This document shows, in pieces, positions 31,454-41,300 of a stretch of 64,000 nucleotides of DNA. Origin of the DNA: Myxococcales bacterium (GTDB taxonomy: Bacteria > Myxococcota_A > Polyangia > Polyangiales > DASUME01); assembly GCA_047601445.1 (NCBI GenBank), contig JASGJH010000001.1, forward strand, positions 5,408,001-5,472,000, in the 5' to 3' direction. Position 1 is the first letter of the stretch. Every line of letters starts with the position of its first letter. The notes below the pieces were generated by a model. It saw only the letters and a program-made list of their open reading frames with translations, made no database searches and was not told the DNA's origin. The position numbers and the translations under genes were made by a program.

Positions 31454-31585
31454 GCTTGCCCCCCCGACCCTACCCACGGTGGTGCCGATCCACGGGCCAC
31501 CCATAAAGTGGCTATCGCTGGCCGCGGGTGGTGATAGTCTCGGACGACGGAGCGATGGGCCCCCTGCCCGACGCGAGGTCCCCCG

Positions 31586-32128
31586 ATGGGCAGCACCATG
31601 GAAGCCACCACCACCCAAAACCAGACCCTGGCCTCGTTTGCCAAGCGCTATGGCCGGTTGGACCTGGACGCCTTTTTGGCGCAGTTCGACTGCCCTTTTC
31701 TGGTGGAGGCTGCGCACGCGGCGGGCTTGCGCGACGAGAGCGGACCGCAGGCCTATCGCACCGAGTACATCGCCTCGGCTGACGCGAGCAGCAAGCTCCT
31801 GGGGGCCGAAGATCGCGAGCTCTGGCCCATCCGCAAGCGTGCCGACTCGGCATTTTCGGGCCACATCGGCGTGGGGCGCACGCCGAACCTCGACATCTGC
31901 ATCGCGCGCACCGGGGTCTCCAAGTTTCACGCCTACTTCTCAGAGCGCGAGGGCGTCTTTCAGCTGACCGACAAGGAGTCCACCAACGGGACCTTCGTGG
32001 GCGGCGAGCGCATCAACCCCGGCACTCCCATCTCGCTGCGCGACGGGGTGAAGCTGGAATTCGCGAACCATCCCTTCACCTTCATGTCGCCGGCCCGCTT
32101 TCATCGGCTGATGCAATCGGTGGGCTGA
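31586..32128 (+). CDS. FHA domain protein (paralogue B)
   Basis: VGRTPNLDICIARTGVSKFHAYF...DKESTNGTFV; colinear with 21313-21849. Confidence 0.9.
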   Translation: MGSTMEATTTQNQTLASFAKRYGRLDLDAFLAQFDCPFLVEAAHAAGLRDESGPQAYRTEYIASADASSKLLGAEDRELWPIRKRADSAFSGHIGVGRTPNLDICIARTGVSKFHAYFSEREGVFQLTDKESTNGTFVGGERINPGTPISLRDGVKLEFANHPFTFMSPARFHRLMQSVG

Positions 32129-33292
32129 TCACGCTCGGGGCCGCGAGGCCTCTCGAGCGATCTGCTCGAACGCGAGCGGGGCCTGATCGATGCTTGGGAG
32201 CGCGGCGATCTCGTCGCGCACGTGCAGGGCGCTCGCTTTGAACGCCGGCTCCGCGAGCACCCGCGATAGGGCGGCTCGAATGGCCGGAGCCGAGGCCGGA
32301 CGGGGCACCTGGATTCCGGCACCGATGGCCTCCACCCGCTCGGCGTTCTGGGGTTGGTCTGCGAACAGGGGCACCACCACCATGGGCACGCCATGGGCCA
32401 GGGCGCCGAGCACAGTGCCGGAGCCGCCATGACAGACCACCGCGCGCGCTTCGGGAAGCACCTGATCCTGCGGCACAAAGCGCGCGACCTGCACGTGGGG
32501 AGGCACCGCACCGAGAGTCTCTGGAGGCAGCTCCGCGCCCGTGGTGAGGAGCACCCGCAGGGGGAGGTCCGCCACGGCATCCAGCACGGTGCGGTACACG
32601 CCCTGGATGTGAGTCGTGCTCCCCGTGACGGTGCCCAGCGTGAGGTAGACGAGGGGCACGGACGCGTCGGACCAGGTGAACGAGAGCGGCGGGTGCGAGG
32701 GCAGGGAAGCGCGGAAGCGGTGCAAGATACCCGGCTCGCCTGCCTCCACATCGAAGGAACAAGGAAAACGGCTGAACGTGGGCTCGTTGCGCAGAGCGCG
32801 ACCCTCGGGGTCGGAGGCCAGCCCAAGGGCGGCGCGGTGGCGCTCGAGGGCTGGACGGCTCCACAGAAAGAGCTGGCTCTCAGCCAGGCTGATGGCCACG
32901 CGCGCGTGCGGAAGGCCGAGCTTTTCCGCAGCGATCACGGCGGCATACTCCTGCGCTTCGCGGACCAAGAGGTCAGGTCGAAACTGCTCGACTGCGGCGC
33001 ACAGGGCCGGCAGCGCGTGCTCGGCGCAGGCCCCTGCGAACACCTCTTCGATGACGAGTCGCACCGCGTCGGCCTCCGAGGCGGCGCGCATGCGCGCCCA
33101 AATCGGGCCCAGGCCAGCATCGCCCGGGTGACCGACCGGGAAGAACTGCGCACGACTTCGGACCACCTGCTCCGTCAGCTCGGCCGGAGCGCCCACGGCC
33201 ACCTCGTGGCCACGCGCGAGGCAAGCCTCGATGAAGGGAACCAACGGCTGGAAATGCCCCGTGTTACGCAGGGAGGTGAACAGAACGCGCAT
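32129..33292 (-). CDS. GT1 family glycosyltransferase (MGT/EryCIII-like)
   Basis: MRVLFTS...GHFQPLVP, VYLTLGT, RFVPQDQVL...VVCHGGSGTVLGALAHGVPMVVVPLFADQPQNA. Confidence 0.92.
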   Translation of the reverse strand: MRVLFTSLRNTGHFQPLVPFIEACLARGHEVAVGAPAELTEQVVRSRAQFFPVGHPGDAGLGPIWARMRAASEADAVRLVIEEVFAGACAEHALPALCAAVEQFRPDLLVREAQEYAAVIAAEKLGLPHARVAISLAESQLFLWSRPALERHRAALGLASDPEGRALRNEPTFSRFPCSFDVEAGEPGILHRFRASLPSHPPLSFTWSDASVPLVYLTLGTVTGSTTHIQGVYRTVLDAVADLPLRVLLTTGAELPPETLGAVPPHVQVARFVPQDQVLPEARAVVCHGGSGTVLGALAHGVPMVVVPLFADQPQNAERVEAIGAGIQVPRPASAPAIRAALSRVLAEPAFKASALHVRDEIAALPSIDQAPLAFEQIAREASRPRA

Positions 33293-33350
33293 GGGTGAAG
33301 AGTGTCGCCAACGGATGCGAGACGGTCAATCGAGAGCTAAATCGGCAGCC

Positions 33351-35060
33351 ATGCGTCTGTTCTCCTTGATTGGCTCGAGTCTGATCGTCACGGGCTGCGT
33401 CGCGGTTCAGCCCGGCAAGCCCGTCCAAGAGTTTCCGACCTCGGCCAAGCTCGCGGCCATCGCCGTGCAAGCCAAGACGCAGCCGGGCGCGCAACTCGAG
33501 TTCGCCCAGGGCGGCGAATGGCGCGCCGAAGAAGCCGGGACCATTCAGGAGGACCAGGAGCGTGTGGCCAGCATGGCTCCCGAGCTCGCAGTGAAGGTCG
33601 GCGCCCAAGCGTCGCAGGCACTCGACTGCGTCGCGCACGAGTTGGCGCGCGTGGTGGCCGAAACGGGAGATATCCCCTCGCTCGGGGTGCGGCGTTTCAT
33701 CTCGGGGCGCTGCGGTGCCTGGATCTCCTCGCCGGCCGCGCGCAGCTTCACGCTGACCGCACCGCCTGGTGTAGACGCGGCGCAGGTCGAGCAAAAGATT
33801 CGTGAGACCGTGGCGGCCATGCCTCCGGAGCAACTCGGCGCAATGCGCGGCATGCAGCTGGGCCTCGGCGCGGCACGAGTGCACGGCGCGGCGGGCGATC
33901 AAATCACCGTCGTGACCGCGTTCGGCGAACCACTGGTGGAGCTCACCTCCATCACGCGCATTGCCGACGCCAAGGGCCGCGTATCCATCGCAGGCCGCAT
34001 CAAGCGACCGGCCCAGTTGGCCCATGCGTTCATCAACCGAGGGCCGCTCGGCGTGGCTGCGTGCAAGCTCGATCCCGCCCGCAGCCTGCCCGACTTCGTG
34101 CTCACGTGCGAGATGGATCCAGCCGACGACCACGCGTGGGTGCAGCTCCTCGCTGCACCGCCGGGTAGGTTGATCGCCACTCCGGTGCTGGAGATGTTGG
34201 CCTTGCGCACGCCCGATGCGGCGCGGAGCTACCGAGCGCCCGACGAACTGAGCAGCGGCCGGGCCCAAAGTGCCGCCGAGTTTCAGACGCAGGCGCTGCA
34301 GGTGCTCAACGACATTCGCGCGCGCGCGCAGCTCGCCCCCCTGAGCCACGCTGCCACCCAGAGCGACGTGGCGACCCAGGTTACGCTGCCGTTCTTCCAG
34401 TCCGTCAGCAGTGACGGCGCGAGCGCCGACGACCTCAACACGACCATCGCCATGGGTCTTCTAGCCGGCTGGTCCGTGCAGGGTGGTGTCATCGCGGCGG
34501 CCGATCTCGCAGCATCCATGTCCGAGCAGCAAGGAGACGCGGGGCGCTGGGTATCGAGTGCCCTCGAGCTGCCCATGGCACGAGCCGTGTTGCTGGCTCC
34601 TTCGGCCTCCAGCCTGGCCATCGGCGTAAGCCTCGAGCCCAAAGGAGTCGCGGCCCTGGCGGTGGCCTATCAGTTCGTCGATCCCCACGCCGACGCCGAT
34701 CGACTCGCAGTCGACATCCTCGTGCGCTTGAAAGACGTGCGCGACGCTCGGCATCTCGGCAAGACCGTGATGATCACCGACACGCCCGGCCTGAACGACG
34801 CCCTGCAGAGCATTCGCAACAAGGGGCAAGCACCCGGGCAGGCTCTGGAGAACGTACTCGACCACGTCTCGTCCTCGCTCGGCCGGAGCGTGCTCGGCTT
34901 CGCCTGGGAGACCCACACGCTCGACGGCATCGAGTTTCCGGAGGAACTCCTGCGCCAAGGCGATCTCTACATCGGTGCCGGAGTTGCGCAGTATCGGCCA
35001 GCCGGCGCCGCATGGGCGCAGTACGCGGTCCTATTCGCGGTGATCCAAGCGCAACCCTAA
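33351..35060 (+). CDS. Hypothetical lipoprotein, possibly with CAP-like domains
   Basis: MRLFSLIGSSLIVTGC lipobox; LNDIRARAQLAPL resembles a CAP-domain N-terminus. Confidence 0.7.
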   Translation: MRLFSLIGSSLIVTGCVAVQPGKPVQEFPTSAKLAAIAVQAKTQPGAQLEFAQGGEWRAEEAGTIQEDQERVASMAPELAVKVGAQASQALDCVAHELARVVAETGDIPSLGVRRFISGRCGAWISSPAARSFTLTAPPGVDAAQVEQKIRETVAAMPPEQLGAMRGMQLGLGAARVHGAAGDQITVVTAFGEPLVELTSITRIADAKGRVSIAGRIKRPAQLAHAFINRGPLGVAACKLDPARSLPDFVLTCEMDPADDHAWVQLLAAPPGRLIATPVLEMLALRTPDAARSYRAPDELSSGRAQSAAEFQTQALQVLNDIRARAQLAPLSHAATQSDVATQVTLPFFQSVSSDGASADDLNTTIAMGLLAGWSVQGGVIAAADLAASMSEQQGDAGRWVSSALELPMARAVLLAPSASSLAIGVSLEPKGVAALAVAYQFVDPHADADRLAVDILVRLKDVRDARHLGKTVMITDTPGLNDALQSIRNKGQAPGQALENVLDHVSSSLGRSVLGFAWETHTLDGIEFPEELLRQGDLYIGAGVAQYRPAGAAWAQYAVLFAVIQAQP

Positions 35061-35077
35061 GTCCTCCGCGCCCAAGT

Positions 35078-35319
35078 GAAGCCCGTGCGCACACGGGGTT
35101 CTCCCTTCTGCGCGCGGTCGCCATGGGCAGCGATCCGCGTTGTACGTCCCGTGATCGCTTCGAACGGTGGGGCCGCGAACTCGCTCCTCGGGTGGACTCG
35201 AGTTTCGCTCAGACAGCGCGGCTCATCAGGCCGCTGACCTGGTGGTATTTCTGTTCTGCGCTTCGGCCGGGGGCGTGCCATGCGCGCAGAAGGGAGAACC
35301 CCGTGTGCGCACGGGCTTC
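35078..35319 (+). mobile_element. MITE/REPIN-like or structured-RNA element, copy A
   Basis: Perfect 38-bp terminal inverted repeats (35078-35115 and 35282-35319) around a 166-nt core homologous to copy B. Mobility is inferred, not shown. Confidence 0.6.
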
Positions 35320-35343
35320 CCATGGGTGCTCGGTGTGCTCAAA

Positions 35344-35432
35344 CTCGAGTTCACTCGAGTGGGCTCGCCAAGGGTTCGCTTGAGTTGAGCTCTCGCTCGA
35401 GTTCACTCGAGTGGGCTCGCCAAGGGTTCGCT
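35344..35432 (+). repeat. 37-bp perfect direct repeat x2 (period 52)
   Basis: CTCGAGTTCACTCGAGTGGGCTCGCCAAGGGTTCGCT at 35344-35380 and 35396-35432. Confidence 0.9.
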
Positions 35433-35507
35433 CACCGGGAAACTCACTCGAGCTCGGATGAGCAAAGAGAACAAACGAGCACGAGGGCTCGCGGCGCGCT
35501 CTTGGGT

Positions 35508-35750
35508 AGCCCTCTGGTGAGGGCAAGGGGCTTCCCTCTGCGCGCACGGCACGCCCCCGGGTGAAGCACAGAACAGACGTACCACCAGGTCAGCCACCTC
35601 ATGAGCCGCGCTGTCTGAGCGAAACTCGAGTCCGCCCAGGGAGCGAGTTCGCGGCCCCACCGTTCGAAGCGATCTCATGACGTACGACCGTGGATCGCAG
35701 CTCATGGCGACCGCGCGCAGAGGGAAGGCCCTTGCCCTCACCAGAGGGCT
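35508..35750 (-). mobile_element. MITE/REPIN-like or structured-RNA element, copy B (inverted relative to A)
   Basis: 38-bp terminal inverted repeats with 1 mismatch (35508-35545 and 35713-35750); core is the reverse complement of the copy A core with scattered substitutions. Confidence 0.6.
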
Positions 35751-35785
35751 CTCCATCTGGGGCGCGCCGCGAGCCGTCGTGAGAG

Positions 35786-37105
35786 TCAGGAGCGGTAGTC
35801 GGCGTTCTCGCTGATGTACTCGTGGGTGCGATCGGCGCCGAGCACGATCGCAGCCTGATCACCGAGCCCGAGCTCCACAGTGATCTCCACGCTGCGCTCG
35901 TGGGGCGGATAGCTGACTGGGGGACGGAAGGTGAGCCCGTCGGCCGGCGGCACCGAAGCGTACAGCTCGGCGGCCTTGAGGTGCGCCACCAGGGCCTGCT
36001 CCTTGTCCGGACTCAGCGCGAAGATGCCGTTCTTCATCAGCTCGATGCCGCCCATGGTGAGGCGAGTGCGCGAAAGATCGAGCGTGGAATCCACAGCGCC
36101 CACGTACTTGCCGATGGCACACACGAGACGGCCCACGTTGGGGTCGTTGCCTGCCACGGCGCACTGGAACAGCGGCGAGTTCACCACACTCTTGCCGATG
36201 GCGCGCGCCAGCGCCTGCGTGGGAGCGCCCGTGACGTGCACGCGCATCACGTGGTGCACGCCCTCGCCGTTGCGCACTACGTCTTCGGTGAGGTCGCGGC
36301 ATAGCTGCGCCAGTCCCTCGCGGAAAGGCTTGAGATCGGCGCACGGAATCTGGCGCGAGGTGAGGGCCACCACGGTGTCACTGGTGGAGGTGTCGCTGTC
36401 GATGGACATGCAGTTGAAGCTATTGTCGACGGCGGTGTGCAGCGCAGCGCGCAGGTCTTCGCGTGTGATGTCGAGGTCGGTGAGGATGTACACCAGCATG
36501 GTGGCCAGGTTCGGCTCGATCATGCCCGCGCCCTTGGCAATGCCCACGATGCGACCGGCGCCGACGTTTACGCTGCGAATCTTCGGATAGAGGTCGGTGG
36601 TGCAGATGCCGTGCGCGGCCGGCAAGATGGACTTGGGCTGCAACGCCTGCACGGCCTCGGGCACGTGCTGACACAGGGCGTCCACGGGCAACTGCCAGCC
36701 GATGACTCCCGTGGAGGACGGCAACACCTCGCGTGCACTCAGGCCGAGCGCGCGCGCTGCCTCGCCGCTCACGCGCTCTGCCGCCTCGACTCCGCCCGGA
36801 GCGCACACGTTGGAGATCTTGTTGTTGATCACGATGGCGCCCAGACGCGGCTCCTGCAAACGCTGACGCCCCACGATCACGGGCGCGCCCGGGAAGGCGT
36901 TCTTGGTGAACATGGCGGCGAACGAATCGGTGGGCTGGTCGAGCGCAATCAGCGTGACCGTCATCTTGGCAGGCTTGGGAACTTCCATCGGCGTGAAGGC
37001 GAAGCGCGCGGTGCCCACACGAAAGCCGCGCGGCAAGGCCGCCTGGCTCTCGAGCCAAGTGAGATGCGCTGCCTGGGAGTCGAAGCTGAGCTGAGTCGAG
37101 GCCAT
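35786..37105 (-). CDS. argJ: Bifunctional ornithine acetyltransferase/N-acetylglutamate synthase
   Basis: FTKNAFPGAPV, SSTGVIGW, GIAKGAGMIEPNLATML (autocleavage Thr), SIDSDTSTSDT, VRNGEG, GNDPNVGR, ENADYRS. Start MASTQL. Confidence 0.95.
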   Translation of the reverse strand: MASTQLSFDSQAAHLTWLESQAALPRGFRVGTARFAFTPMEVPKPAKMTVTLIALDQPTDSFAAMFTKNAFPGAPVIVGRQRLQEPRLGAIVINNKISNVCAPGGVEAAERVSGEAARALGLSAREVLPSSTGVIGWQLPVDALCQHVPEAVQALQPKSILPAAHGICTTDLYPKIRSVNVGAGRIVGIAKGAGMIEPNLATMLVYILTDLDITREDLRAALHTAVDNSFNCMSIDSDTSTSDTVVALTSRQIPCADLKPFREGLAQLCRDLTEDVVRNGEGVHHVMRVHVTGAPTQALARAIGKSVVNSPLFQCAVAGNDPNVGRLVCAIGKYVGAVDSTLDLSRTRLTMGGIELMKNGIFALSPDKEQALVAHLKAAELYASVPPADGLTFRPPVSYPPHERSVEITVELGLGDQAAIVLGADRTHEYISENADYRS

Positions 37106-37158
37106 GGGTGGCCGAACAGTGACCGTTTTTGTGGGCCAACGCAAAGAGCGGACGGGGG

Positions 37159-38052
37159 TCAGCCCCTGGGTGCTCGCGCGCGCATGAGGAGGTAGCCCGC
37201 CAGTAGCATCAGCACGGCACCGAGTAGAAAGCCCGAGCTCGGCGGGATCTCGAACACCAGGGTGTCCACCAGCATGCCCAGAGCGATCGAGGAGTAGCCG
37301 ACGATGGAGACCTTGGCGGCCTCGGCATGGACGTAGGCGTAGGTCATGAGCAGCTGACCGAGCAGGCCGAAAGCGGCCAGGGCCAGGGTGAGAGCGGCAA
37401 AGTGCATGAGCGCGAGCGCTGGGGGCAGCGACCTGAAGTGGCCGTTGGTCACCCCCGCCAGCAGGGACACCAGCGAAACCCAGGCAGAGAAGTGAAACAC
37501 CACACGTTCGGGTGGATCTTGCTCGGCCGCGATGCGCACCCAGATGTGCGCCACGGCGCTGGCCAGGGCTGAGCCGATGGCGAACGCGGCGGGCACGACC
37601 GGAATCTGCTGCGTGTTGGCGGAGGGATCGAGCAAGACCCAGGCGCCCGCAAACGACAACGCCATGGCGAGCCAGGTGCTGCCCGCGACCCGCTCCCGCA
37701 AGAACAGGGGGGACGCCAGCGCCACGAACACCGGCTGCGAGAGCCCAAGCGTGGAGAACTGGGACAACGAGAGCGAGCGCATGGAGGCGAAGTTGAGCCC
37801 CATGGCCATGGACCCGAACAGCGAGCGCGCGAACAGACTGCGCGGCGCGACCGGCCGCACACCCTGCCCCTTCCGCTGCAACATCCACCACAGAACCGGC
37901 AAGCCAGGGGCCGTGCGCACGAACATCACTTCGCTCGTGTCGAGGCCCACCTGCCGCGCGAACTTCACCGCCGTCTGCATCGCCACGAACGAAAGCGTCG
38001 CCAACAGCATCAACACGATCGCTTTGGTGGGTCGCTCAACTCGCTTGGACAC
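37159..38052 (-). CDS. DMT/EamA family transporter
   Basis: About 10 TM segments; PVFVALASPLFLRERV, GQLLMTYAY. Confidence 0.9.
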   Translation of the reverse strand: MSKRVERPTKAIVLMLLATLSFVAMQTAVKFARQVGLDTSEVMFVRTAPGLPVLWWMLQRKGQGVRPVAPRSLFARSLFGSMAMGLNFASMRSLSLSQFSTLGLSQPVFVALASPLFLRERVAGSTWLAMALSFAGAWVLLDPSANTQQIPVVPAAFAIGSALASAVAHIWVRIAAEQDPPERVVFHFSAWVSLVSLLAGVTNGHFRSLPPALALMHFAALTLALAAFGLLGQLLMTYAYVHAEAAKVSIVGYSSIALGMLVDTLVFEIPPSSGFLLGAVLMLLAGYLLMRARAPRG

Positions 38053-38188
38053 GCGGAGGTGCTCATAGCATTCCTCAGAGCCCGCACCCCAGAGAGGCGA
38101 GCACGCGCACGACTACGTTCTAACGAGCCGACGCTTGACGCTTCCTCTCCTTCCTTCCCATCCCATCAAGCTGCACACCGCCACCAGA

Positions 38189-38388
38189 GCTGCGGGCGTC
38201 AGAAGGGGTCGAGCCGCGAGCGCCCCCGCAGGGCCCGACTGAGGCGTACTTCCTGTACGCCGCAGGGAGGGACCGAGGAGGTAAGCCGCGGATCGGCCCC
38301 TGCTGGCGCCCGCAGCAAGCTCCTGTACGCCGCAGGGAGGGACCGCGGAGGTAAGCCGCGGATCGGCCCCTTCTGGCGCCCGCAGCAA
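38189..38388. repeat. REP/BIME-like cluster: 68-bp direct repeat x2 plus a partial inverted copy
   Basis: 38251-38318 and 38321-38388 (period 70, 2 mismatches). 38189-38218 is an imperfect reverse complement of CGCGGATCGGCCCCTTCTGGCGCCCGCAGC. Confidence 0.85.
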
Positions 38389-41300
38389 TTAAGGAAGCCA
38401 GGCGACGTCGGCGGACCACATCGTCCCCGGCCCATACCCAAAGGTGACCATCGTGCTGCGTGGCAGGGCGATCTCGAAGCGCACGCCCAGGCCCACGTTG
38501 CCGCCTGGGCCGCCGTTTTGGGTGTTGCCGACGACGCCTTCCACGTAGGCGCCGCGCGCGACGCCGCGCAAGAAGGGCGGGATCATGCTGGTGGCGTCGA
38601 AGCCCGCGCGCGCCTGGCTGGCCTCCCCTCGTGAATTGCTGCCGACCGACACCGTGGGCACCCAGGCTCCGAGGCGCTCGCGCGCGGTCATGCTCAGCAA
38701 GCCCGCCGTGAGGCCGAGACCGAACGCGTTGGCGTCGGCCTGGGCAGTCACCGCAGCCTCGGCGGCACCCATGCCCGAGAGAATGGCGAAGGCCTGCTCG
38801 GCGTCGCTGGCCGCACCGCTGAAGTTCAGCGCGGGGCTGCTGGCGCGGCCGGAGACCTCCACGAACAGCGGCGATTGACCGCCGGGGGGCTCGTAGCTCG
38901 CGCGCAGGTCGAGCTGGGGCTCGTCGGAATCCTCCAGGAAGCGCACCGTACCGCGCTGAATGTTGAAGGACTTGCCAAGCAACTTGAGGTTGCCCTGCAC
39001 GATGGTGGCCTCGCCGACCAGCACGTCCTTGCCCTTGATGTTCTGCAGCGCGAGATCGAGCCCAAGCTGCACGCGGAAATCGCGGTGCTTGAGCCAAAGG
39101 TCCTGCTTGGACCTGATCTCCAGGGTCTGCAGCGCGAACCCCGACTCCCCCTGCTTCCTCTCCACACTCAGTGCCTGCTCCGGTGCGTCGCTCATGCGCA
39201 CGTCCGGATGCGGCTCGAGCTCCTGCACTGCCTTGCCTGTCGAGCCCGAGAACTGAAACGTAGCGCTGCGTACGAAGGCTTCGACCGAGAGCTTGCTCTG
39301 CTGGTCGAGGTGCGCCGCGAGGTCCGCACCCAGCGTGGCGCTGCCCATGATCTGCCCCTGGCGTCGCACCGGCACGTTCTCGGCACGCAGCTTGAGCTTG
39401 GCCTCGGCGCGGCCACCCGGCAGGAGCTTGGCCTTGCCCTCCAGATAGAGTCGACCATTGCGGTCCCTGGCAGATACGTCGGTGAGCGTCAGCGTGTCGC
39501 CCGCAAAGTCCACGCGTCCGTGGATGCCACGCACGGGTTGGGCCAGGCTCGCCACCGTGAAGGCCACGTCATCGAACACCAGGTAGCCGTGCGGAACGGG
39601 CTGGCGCACGCTGCCCGTCACCCGAACGTCTCCGCTGAACGTGCCGCCGCCGCGGCCCACCGCGCTGGTGAACTCGAGCAGCGGTGCCACCATGAGATTG
39701 GCCACGCGCAGATGCATGTCCAGCGGAGAATTCAGCGAGATCCCGGGCCTCACGCCGCGAAAGCGCAGCGGCAGGGTGGCCTGCAAGGAACCGCGTTCCT
39801 TGCCGCCCGTGACGATCTTGAGAGCGAGCTCGGCGTGGTGCGCGTCGTTGCGCAGAGTGGCACTCCCGGAGATCGGCTTCGAGCTCGCGGTCGTGAGGCC
39901 TTCCACACGCAGATTCAGGTCCACGTCCGGAGGGCCACCGGCGGGCAACACCGCCGCTAGCTCGAAGCCTGCTTGACCGCTGTTGAGGTTGCACAGGCCT
40001 GGCATGGCATAGAGCGGAAGGTTTTCGGCGCTGCCATCCAGAGTGGCTTGCGCCGAGCCGGGCTCGTCGGGCCAATCCCAAATCCACGCGCTCGGCAGCA
40101 CCAGGTTGAAGAACGCATCTCCGCCGCGACTGGTACTCGCGCTGAGCGATCCTCGCAGGCGCATGTCATCGAGGTCGGCCTGCGCGATCAGACTGGTCTG
40201 GAGCTCGGCTCCGCAGTCGGTGTCGAAGGCGGAGCTGCGTGCGTCCGCCGTCATCTGCAGCGATCCCTTGTTCGAGCCGTTCTCGCGCACGAACGTCACG
40301 GCGCCCGCGGTCTGCATCGGTAGGGCCAAGCCACTCGCCTGCACCAGCTTGCCGAGCATGCCCTGGAGCGCATCCAGCGCATCGATGCGCCAGTGCAGGT
40401 CCATGTGCACGCTGGGCGGAAGTCCCTGCAACGCCGCGAGCCCTTCTACAGGAAGCGCCAGGTCGAGGCGGCCCTCGAGCTGGGGTTCGGGATGACTGAA
40501 GTCCGTGGCATGCAGCTCGAGCGTGGCACCGTTGCCCGTGAGCAGTGCCTCGGCATGCACCTGCGGTCGCCCGAACGTCTGGTCTCGCAGCGATACCGTC
40601 AAGAAGCCCGAGGGTTGGAGCGGATTGCCCTCCACGTTCAAGCTGGCCTGCACGGATGCGTCGCCGAGCGCGCCCGCGACCGGCAGCATGGGCGGCGGCA
40701 AATCGGAGAGCGGACCATTCGCCGTCACGTACAAGCGCCCGTGCCCAGCGAGTAGGGCATCCTTCAGCGCGGCCGGCTCCGCGGGCCAGTCGTACTCGGC
40801 GGTGGCGTCCACCACGAGTCCCTTGCCGCCTCGCAAGCTGAGCTGCGCGCTGGCCTGGCGCGAACCCGAGTTCACATCGAGCGCCAGCGTGCCGCGCAAG
40901 GGCGGTGCGTCCGCCGCCTGCACATGGTGGGCAGTCAGCCACAGGCTCACGTTCGGATGCTCGAGGTCGCCCGAGATCACGGCGCGCCCGTCGAGCGCGC
41001 CAGCAAGCCCCGGGAGCAACGGGCTCAGCAGCTCCAACGCGAAGTCCGAGGTATCGAGCCGAAACGCAAGCTCGCCGTGCGCGCCGAGCAGCCCGTTCGC
41101 GTCGAGCCTGGCGCGTCCGCTACGCAAGGAAAGACCGCGCACCGCGAAGGCGCCCGCCGCGTAGCGGATGTCGGGAACCAGCAGCGACAGCGAGCGCCCG
41201 TGTACGCTCCCCGCAAACTCCGCTGAAAGGCTCGTCGTGAACGTCTTGGCGGAGAACCATGGCGACAGCGTGCCGTGGACGACCCCGTGCGCTTCGACGT

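Noticed and set aside
35344..35432. CRISPR array
   Set aside because: Only two repeats with a 15-bp spacer; no cas genes or leader.
35078..35750. Bona fide retron or autonomous IS
   Set aside because: No reverse transcriptase or transposase ORF in the window and no clear target-site duplication. Kept only as an architectural analogy.
35012..35862. Short ORFs across the inverted elements
   Set aside because: Products of repeat DNA with no RBS, codon bias or recognisable motif.
38251..38388. CRISPR-like 70-bp periodicity
   Set aside because: The whole unit is repeated, so there are no unique spacers.
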